From: Haloquadratum walsbyi C23
GTDB taxonomy: Archaea; Halobacteriota; Halobacteria; Halobacteriales; Haloferacaceae
Direction: 5' to 3'
NCBI RefSeq assembly: GCF_000237865.1
Contig: NC_017459.1
Span: 1,230,001 to 1,262,000, forward strand
Length of the DNA: 32,000 nt
In this document: positions 26,494-32,000 of the stretch, one piece after another
How positions within the stretch are numbered: the stretch's first letter is position 1
Layout of the letters: each line of letters opens with the position of its first letter
Translations under genes and position numbers: made by a program
Notes under the pieces: model-generated
The model's input: the letters and a program-made list of their open reading frames with translations, nothing else
The model's database searches: none
What the model was told of the DNA's origin: nothing

Positions 26494-28266
26494 TCAGAGA
26501 TTCTGAAGACAGGCAGCTGCCTGCTGTTGTAGTAGCTGCGTTGTTGTCCCGCCAGTCTGTAACAAACGAAGGATGACAGAAAGAGTAGAGACAGCATCAG
26601 TGTTGATCGATAAAAACTGGTCTGTAACGGTAAGCTCAGAACTATCATCAAAGTCCGTTCGAAGGACACCACAACTAGCCTCAGTCGCGATGACAATGAT
26701 GGATTCTGAATTAAACTCTTGATGTGCGATGCGAAGTGCATCGTTATGCCGATCATTATTCACTGCTTGTTTGATCTCACACAGTTGTGCATGATAGGCA
26801 GCTCCTGATTGGAGGTGCGATTCCTCAGAATCAAATTGCTGATACTGTTTCAATGCGGTTTCATACTCACCGCGCTGCTCAGCTTGACGAGCGGTCGCAA
26901 TCGTTTCAATCGCCTCTAATTCTCGAAAATGAATATACTCTTGTGGAGATTGCTCTGCAGCGGATTGTGCGCGGTCACTAGCAGTGTGGACTGTCTCATA
27001 ATCACCCGCTTCAAATGCGACGTGTGCAGACGCCTCACACTCTCGACACTGATGAACCGAGCGTGTGCCTGCAATTGCAGTCTCAATTTCTTCGACGCTT
27101 CGTGATTGTTCAGGGTTTTCAGCAACACCTGTCGAATCAAACCGGTCGAACGTCGCCCATGCTGTTCGATGGAGATGCTTTCGGATTTTCCAGTCATCTG
27201 TTGCATGCGCGGCGTGTCGAACAGATTTACTGAGATACTTGATTGCCCGAACCATATCAACAGCGTCGATTGCTTGTGCTGCTTTGACATACGCCTCAGC
27301 GACACTCCACCACTCGGGCGGAAGATTGGAAGCATGTGTTGAGAACCATCGACCACCACCCGCCTCAATGGCATCTGCTATATGCCGATATGATTCGGCA
27401 TATGCCTGCTTTGTTTGATCCCATGTCTCTGGATTGATATGGGCAACTGCCTGTAATTGTCTTTGTGCGACAATGAGTTCAGCCCGGGTTATATTATCTC
27501 CTCCATGCCGATAGTCCTCAATAAGATTTGATGCTGTGAAATACAGATAGTCACTTACTCGTGCGCTTGATGGGTCAGCGTGTAGTGCAGCTTCATAGAG
27601 ACGTTGCTTATCAGGGTCGGTAGGCGACCGTTCTTCAGCGGCTCGTTGATACTCCGCAGCTGTCATTTCTGTGTCCACATTCGGGAAAGATATGTTTTCG
27701 AGATACTGTAGTGCGACAGTGTTGATATCGGATTGCGGGCTATCAGAGGCGAGCAGTTGTTCTGTCAGTCGAACCCGTGAGAGATATTCGATTGCGCCTC
27801 GTTGATTTGCTGGTGTTGCCTCCAGTAATGACTCACAGGGTTGACGAACGTCCGTTGGCGAGGAAACGTCATCATATAGATGTTCAATTGTTGTCTGAAC
27901 GACTGTCATCAACCGAGGGACTTCAACATTCAATCGCATAAATGTCTGTCGACGTCCTTCAAGCTCAGTGAGCGTATCAACAGCATACGCGCGACCGCGA
28001 GGGCTTTTATTCAATACCATATTTTTTAGACTTCGGTCAAGTCGGTCTTCAATTCGAGAACGGATTGCCTCAGTCGGACCTCGATTCAAGAACACGCTTC
28101 GGAGTCTGACATACTCCTCAAACGTTTCTAGTGACTTTTGTGCATCATTTCTGAGCGTCGAATAAAACTCGAGTTCTGTGTCATATTCATCAACGAGAGA
28201 GTCGTAGAGGTTTGGATTAGTGACCAACGCCGCCGCCTGCTCAGCAGGGCTTGATTGATGGGTCAT
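26494..28266 (-). CDS. Large orphan alpha-helical protein, about 590 aa, function unknown.
   Basis: Long uninterrupted ORF with acidic halophile-like composition and helical-repeat character (many A/E/Q/R-rich segments). No catalytic motif, TM or signal peptide recognised. The track start at 28296 is GTG; the first ATG is at 28266. Confidence 0.7.
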   Translation of the reverse strand: MTHQSSPAEQAAALVTNPNLYDSLVDEYDTELEFYSTLRNDAQKSLETFEEYVRLRSVFLNRGPTEAIRSRIEDRLDRSLKNMVLNKSPRGRAYAVDTLTELEGRRQTFMRLNVEVPRLMTVVQTTIEHLYDDVSSPTDVRQPCESLLEATPANQRGAIEYLSRVRLTEQLLASDSPQSDINTVALQYLENISFPNVDTEMTAAEYQRAAEERSPTDPDKQRLYEAALHADPSSARVSDYLYFTASNLIEDYRHGGDNITRAELIVAQRQLQAVAHINPETWDQTKQAYAESYRHIADAIEAGGGRWFSTHASNLPPEWWSVAEAYVKAAQAIDAVDMVRAIKYLSKSVRHAAHATDDWKIRKHLHRTAWATFDRFDSTGVAENPEQSRSVEEIETAIAGTRSVHQCRECEASAHVAFEAGDYETVHTASDRAQSAAEQSPQEYIHFRELEAIETIATARQAEQRGEYETALKQYQQFDSEESHLQSGAAYHAQLCEIKQAVNNDRHNDALRIAHQEFNSESIIVIATEASCGVLRTDFDDSSELTVTDQFLSINTDAVSTLSVILRLLQTGGTTTQLLQQQAAACLQNL

Positions 28267-28353
28267 CTCAGTAGTATATATTAGAGCGTAATCCACATAC
28301 CTCCGTCGGCGAGCTCTAGTGATATAGTGCCCAATTATAATCGGGATATGAGA

Positions 28354-28400
28354 AATCAGGAATCAAAAGGAATCAAAAGCAATCAAAAGCAATCAAATGG
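28354..28400. repeat. 10-bp tandem A-tract array (aatcaaaagS, about 4.7 units).
   Basis: aatcagg aatcaaaagg aatcaaaagc aatcaaaagc aatcaaatgg. Helical-turn phasing. It lies 60-135 nt upstream of the orphan gene start, on the minus strand. Confidence 0.9.
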
Positions 28401-28441
28401 CGTTCATATCATCGAAAGAAGACTTCAATAGATATCGCAGT

Positions 28442-28459
28442 CGCAATCTGTGGATTGCG
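28442..28459 (-). terminator. Perfect 7-bp hairpin just downstream of the rhodanese stop (candidate terminator or RNA 3'-end structure).
   Basis: cgcaatc-tgtg-gattgcg at 28442-28459, 13 nt past the stop at 28472-28474, followed on the minus strand by a T-rich stretch (tcttctttcg). Confidence 0.35.
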
Positions 28460-28471
28460 GTCGATGCGCCA

Positions 28472-29341
28472 TCATTCACCCTGCTCAGTCGGAAGGTCTG
28501 GATCCGCCGTCCAGTCGCTGAGTGAGCCATCATACACAGCAACATCAGTAATACCAGCTTGATGAAGTGCTAATGCCTCACTACTTGCTGCGATACCAGC
28601 ACCACAGTAGGTAGTAACAGTATCAGCATCTGTTGCGCCAACTTCTGAGAACTGCTCTCGAAGCGTATCATCAGACACATATGTACCATCGGTATCAAGC
28701 ACACCCTCATCACCAACTGCAGGGACGTTAACACTGTTTGGAATCCGCTCGGCCGCATGGTCGCCTGATTGAAGCGCATTGATAACGCACGCATCGGAAT
28801 CCTCAATCTGAGTTCGAACATCTTCCTTATCGGCAACGAGTTCTTCGCGATACTCGGCGGTGAAATTAGCCGATGTTGGTGTGGTCACCGTTGATGATAT
28901 CGGTCGATTCTCAGCTGTCCACCGAGGCCAGCCACCATTGAGGACGCCAACTTGGTCATGCCCAAATACACGAAACATCCACCACAGGCGAGCTGCCCAC
29001 TCATTATTGTTTCCCTGATCGACAGTATCATATAGAACAACTCGTGAGTCATTACTCACTCCTAACTCACTCACTGCAGAGGCGAACACATCTGGTGTTG
29101 GTAACTGAAATGGGTATTCTGGGTTTTCGGTTTCAGAGAGATCCTCAATAAGATCAGCAAACTGACTTCCTGGAATGTGTGCTTCACTCCAATGGTCATA
29201 CCCAGATTTGAGATCATAATTCTTCTCACCACTTCCAGCCTGCAGATAGACTGTACAATCAAGCACTTGCACATCAGAGACATCAAGTCGGGTTTCAAGC
29301 CACTCTGGATTGACCAGCGTTGGTATCGTATCCTTGGACAT
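28472..29341 (-). CDS. Thiosulfate / 3-mercaptopyruvate sulfurtransferase (tandem rhodanese domains).
   Basis: LVNPEWL N-terminus, EAHIPGS, two rhodanese repeats, and active-site loop TYCGAGIAAS in the C-terminal domain. I prefer the ATG at 29341 (MSKDTIPTLV) over the track start at 29377. Confidence 0.85.
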   Translation of the reverse strand: MSKDTIPTLVNPEWLETRLDVSDVQVLDCTVYLQAGSGEKNYDLKSGYDHWSEAHIPGSQFADLIEDLSETENPEYPFQLPTPDVFASAVSELGVSNDSRVVLYDTVDQGNNNEWAARLWWMFRVFGHDQVGVLNGGWPRWTAENRPISSTVTTPTSANFTAEYREELVADKEDVRTQIEDSDACVINALQSGDHAAERIPNSVNVPAVGDEGVLDTDGTYVSDDTLREQFSEVGATDADTVTTYCGAGIAASSEALALHQAGITDVAVYDGSLSDWTADPDLPTEQGE

Positions 29342-29531
29342 ACTCTGATTGTAATTTGTGGGTAAATGAATCTTCATAATATCGATTTTTATCGGTGTCC
29401 TCGGCGCTCAAAGATGTATAAATAATAGATATGTACAGTTTCACATCAAATCTGACCCAATGCTAAGATTTAGTTTGATGCATATCATATCAAGAAGTCA
29501 TACTTTTATACAGTTATTCACTCGTCAAATG

Positions 29532-29930
29532 TCACCGTTTGGTCAGTTGAATCCCGTAAACACCCGCGGGGGTTTCAGTATTCATTCGAGTCTCAATCCA
29601 TCGTTTTGCGTCGGTGTCGGTGTCAGTGTCGGTGTCAGTGTCGGTGTCAGTGTCGATGTCGGTGTCGGTGTCGGTGTCAGTGTCGGTGTCAGTGTCGGTA
29701 TCGGTCTCTATTTTTATTTGTAATCCATTCACCCTCAACTGGACTGTTGCCTGTGTGGCGATTCGCTCAGTATATTCATTAACCATGTCGGCTTTCTCAA
29801 CATCAAATGAGTCGACTGCCGCATCGCCACAATCGAGTATCTGTTGGACAGCACTTCGGATGATTCCCTCTGGTTGATCTGTTTGTGCGCTATCAAAATC
29901 AATAATGCAGTAAAACGTCATCGAATCCAT
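29532..29930 (-). CDS. Small acidic protein with an internal (Thr-Asp)16 repeat linker.
   Basis: 132-aa ORF: a 75-aa N-terminal domain, then (TD)8-ID-(TD)7, then a 26-aa basic tail (AKRWIETRMNTETPAGVYGIQLTKR). Track ORFs 29460..29723 and 29614..29877 on the plus strand, (VG/VS)n, are antisense shadows of the repeat. Confidence 0.6.
   Translation of the reverse strand: MDSMTFYCIIDFDSAQTDQPEGIIRSAVQQILDCGDAAVDSFDVEKADMVNEYTERIATQATVQLRVNGLQIKIETDTDTDTDTDTDTDTDIDTDTDTDTDTDTDTDAKRWIETRMNTETPAGVYGIQLTKR
29610..29705. repeat. Hexanucleotide microsatellite, (gtcRgt)16, inside the CDS.
   Basis: Sixteen consecutive hexamers: gtcggt, gtcagt, one gtcgat and one atcggt. gtcggt and gtcagt units alternate in places. 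They encode TD dipeptides on the minus strand. Confidence 0.95.
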
Positions 29931-29986
29931 AGCAACACTATGAGTAGAAAGAAAATGAGATTAGTGGACAATCAATCTCGAGATAA

Positions 29987-30022
29987 ATTATACTTATACT
30001 TATGCTTATACCTATGCTTGTT
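29987..30022. repeat. Hexamer tandem array TTATRC (ttatac ttatac ttatgc ttatac ctatgc ttgtta).
   Basis: Directly visible. It abuts the sppA stop codon (30021-30023) and lies 57-92 nt upstream of the TD-repeat gene start. On the minus strand it reads as iterated GTATAA/GCATAA TATA-like boxes. Confidence 0.85.
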
Positions 30023-30980
30023 ATTTTAATTCGACATCAATATCGCCTCCATCACTTGTAAACACACTTGCAACCCCGCTTCCAGCAGCGAAAGCAATAC
30101 GTTCTGTACCGATACTCAGTCGCTCAGCAAGACTCCTATTCGGCTTGAATTCTTGAATTTCAGGCTCGGCATCAATTAGATTCTCGATTCGATCTTTGAC
30201 GTCATCTTCTGTCCCAAGTTCGTCGATAAGTCCAATCTCAAGTGCATCATTTCCAAGATAGATGCGGGCTTCTGTGTCACGGATCTGCTCAGGATCCATA
30301 TCACGACCCTCACTCACGGTCTCAACAAACTGGTCATAATACCCATCGACGATACTTTGGAGATACTCCCGTTCACCGTCTTCAATCTCGCGAAGGGGAA
30401 CACCAGCATCCTTGTATTCTCCAGCGGTGAATTGTTCATATGAAATACCAAGTTTATCAGCTAATCCGGACGCATTTGGTCGGGATCCAACAACACCAAT
30501 CGAGCCAATAAGACTGACATCTCTTGCCCACATCTCATCGCATCCACTCGCAATCCAGTATCCACCTGATGCGCATGTATCAGTCGCATACGCAATTGTT
30601 GGACCATCAAATTCAATCGCAGCCCGACGGATATCATCACTTGGAAGCACCTCTCCACCAGGTGTATTGAGTTCAACAAGAAGTGCCTCAATCGCATCAT
30701 CATCGTCAGCATCCTCAATCCGCTCGACAATATCATCGGCGGCTGACGCCCCTGAAGCTGATAATGGTGATGGTCGACCGCGGTCACGCTGAATTGGTCC
30801 CGAAATAATGACTTTTGCTACATTATATTCCTCAGCGTCACCTAAACGACCGCGTGTGAGTTGTGCGACAATCTGCTTCCCAGCAACGGTCGCTACAGCT
30901 CCCATTACCCCGGCGGCTAGCAGGGCCGGTCTATTGTCGTCTGCATCGAATTTCATATCCGATTTATATAGCCTATCCAT
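30021..30980 (-). CDS. sppA: Signal peptide peptidase SppA, 36K type (S49 family).
   Basis: N-terminal TM (ALLAAGVMGAVATVAG), LNTPGGEV, ASGGYWIASGCD, GSIGVVG (catalytic Ser region) and GEYKD (Lys). Confidence 0.88.
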   Translation of the reverse strand: MDRLYKSDMKFDADDNRPALLAAGVMGAVATVAGKQIVAQLTRGRLGDAEEYNVAKVIISGPIQRDRGRPSPLSASGASAADDIVERIEDADDDDAIEALLVELNTPGGEVLPSDDIRRAAIEFDGPTIAYATDTCASGGYWIASGCDEMWARDVSLIGSIGVVGSRPNASGLADKLGISYEQFTAGEYKDAGVPLREIEDGEREYLQSIVDGYYDQFVETVSEGRDMDPEQIRDTEARIYLGNDALEIGLIDELGTEDDVKDRIENLIDAEPEIQEFKPNRSLAERLSIGTERIAFAAGSGVASVFTSDGGDIDVELK

Positions 30981-31129
30981 AGGTATAAATCCGCGAATTT
31001 ATCATTCCACTCATCAGATAAGCCAGTCATCTGTTCTTTACAGCTACCTTATATTGTGCTTAGAGCCTCTGAAATACACGAATTCGCTTGCATTGGGTTT
31101 AATACCAGCAAGGTATTATAACCGTTACA

Positions 31130-31906
31130 TTGACAACGGAACTGTCGTGTCCTCCAGAAGAATCCGTTTTGAATCAGCACATCGCCGGTACTGACGATAC
31201 AGAATACGCGCTTGTTATTGAGAATGCAGATCGACCATCGCTTATTGGACAGATGATTGAAGACATGTTCACCCGACAGCCTGTCGAGGTCGATACCAAA
31301 GCGTTGAGTGGCGATGAGCAGAGTCGACTCATATTGCTAAATAATGGTCGTATCGCAGCGAGTTCGCCACTGCAGGAGATTGAATCGTCGCTACTGCTGG
31401 TTAACTCAGATAGATACATCACTGGTGCGGCAAGTCTTGAAAATATCGAATATCCGGATGTTATTACAGCTCTGACTGAAGCACAATTTCGTCTTCAAGG
31501 CTATCCTGAATCAAATAAAGAAAAACTGATATTGGTACTTATCTCACGATATATTGAGCGGTTATCATATGAGCATGGAGGTGTCCATCGGGCATCTTTC
31601 CAGCGACTTTCTCGATTACTAGATGAAAGTGGGACTGAGAGCGTTTATCGGCGGCTTGGGGATGCTGACGTCGATACGCACGTATATGGAGTGCCGGATC
31701 AAGTCCCGCCACGTGGGTACAATGTCAAAATACATGGCGGATACATGTGTGATTATCGCAACTCATGGTTTGTTGTCCATCAGTCTGAGACGGCAGCAGC
31801 AGCATTGATGGCAATTGAGGTTGCCCCAAACGAGTGGAAAGCTGAGTGGACATTCAACCCTAATAAAGTGGCAACGATCAATGAGATTATACGAACGAAT
31901 CTATAA
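31130..31906 (+). CDS. DICT sensory-domain protein.
   Basis: SFQRLSRLLDESGTESVYRRLGDADVDTHVYGVPD...VKIHGGYMCDYRNSWFVV matches my memory of haloarchaeal DICT-domain proteins. The start is uncertain: the track start at 31130 is TTG and sits just after a gtattataa box (31113-31121). The in-frame TTG at 31169 is an alternative. The first ATG would truncate the domain. Confidence 0.7.
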   Translation: MTTELSCPPEESVLNQHIAGTDDTEYALVIENADRPSLIGQMIEDMFTRQPVEVDTKALSGDEQSRLILLNNGRIAASSPLQEIESSLLLVNSDRYITGAASLENIEYPDVITALTEAQFRLQGYPESNKEKLILVLISRYIERLSYEHGGVHRASFQRLSRLLDESGTESVYRRLGDADVDTHVYGVPDQVPPRGYNVKIHGGYMCDYRNSWFVVHQSETAAAALMAIEVAPNEWKAEWTFNPNKVATINEIIRTNL

Positions 31907-32000
31907 TAACTCGATCCTATCAGTCTCATCCGATATCACAAGTGACTGACAATAACTACAAATACTGGGGCAGAAGAAAAAAATTGAGTCTCAAGAGCTA

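Overview
This is a chromosomal window from a halophilic archaeon. Evidence: strongly acidic Asp/Glu-rich proteins, a twin-arginine signal peptide, and small CPxCG zinc-finger ORFs. Moderate-GC genes separated by unusually long AT-rich spacers resemble Haloquadratum walsbyi, but that is inference only; no search was possible. I support about 30 protein genes, mostly housekeeping or accessory metabolism:
- a partial radical SAM gene at the left edge that is missing from the ORF track;
- a thioredoxin-fold protein and a redoxin;
- UV damage endonuclease UvdE, an M28 peptidase and a 2H phosphoesterase;
- a three-gene operon: CARDB-like surface protein, MacB-type ABC ATPase and FtsX-like permease;
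- a carotenoid oxygenase, a PHP phosphoesterase, a DUF2075 nuclease-helicase, a NUDIX hydrolase and a pterin-4a-carbinolamine dehydratase;
- a GH13 alpha-amylase-family enzyme, XseA/XseB, and a translationally coupled DUF1611 / dipeptide-epimerase pair;
- RNase Z, a 590-aa orphan helical protein, a rhodanese, a (Thr-Asp)n-repeat protein, SppA and a DICT-domain protein.

Three plausible small genes below the 60-aa cutoff of the ORF track were found by hand: two CPxCG zinc-ribbon ORFs and one signal-peptide-bearing 54-aa ORF.

Items most worth a second look:
1. A roughly 300-nt GC-rich, hairpin-dense, non-coding island at 17995-18310. It looks like a structured RNA but lacks the RNase P and SRP RNA signature motifs I know.
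2. A Lys-rich, AT-flanked DUF2075 PD-(D/E)xK + SF1 ATPase gene that looks like a horizontally acquired single-gene defence candidate.
3. A short dispersed and tandem repeat family with core GTGAACTCAC.
4. Three distinct microsatellite-like arrays: a 10-bp phased A-tract array, a TTATRC hexamer array, and a GTCRGT hexamer array that encodes (TD)n.

All functional calls rest on motifs I recognise in the translations. No database search or RNA folding was run.
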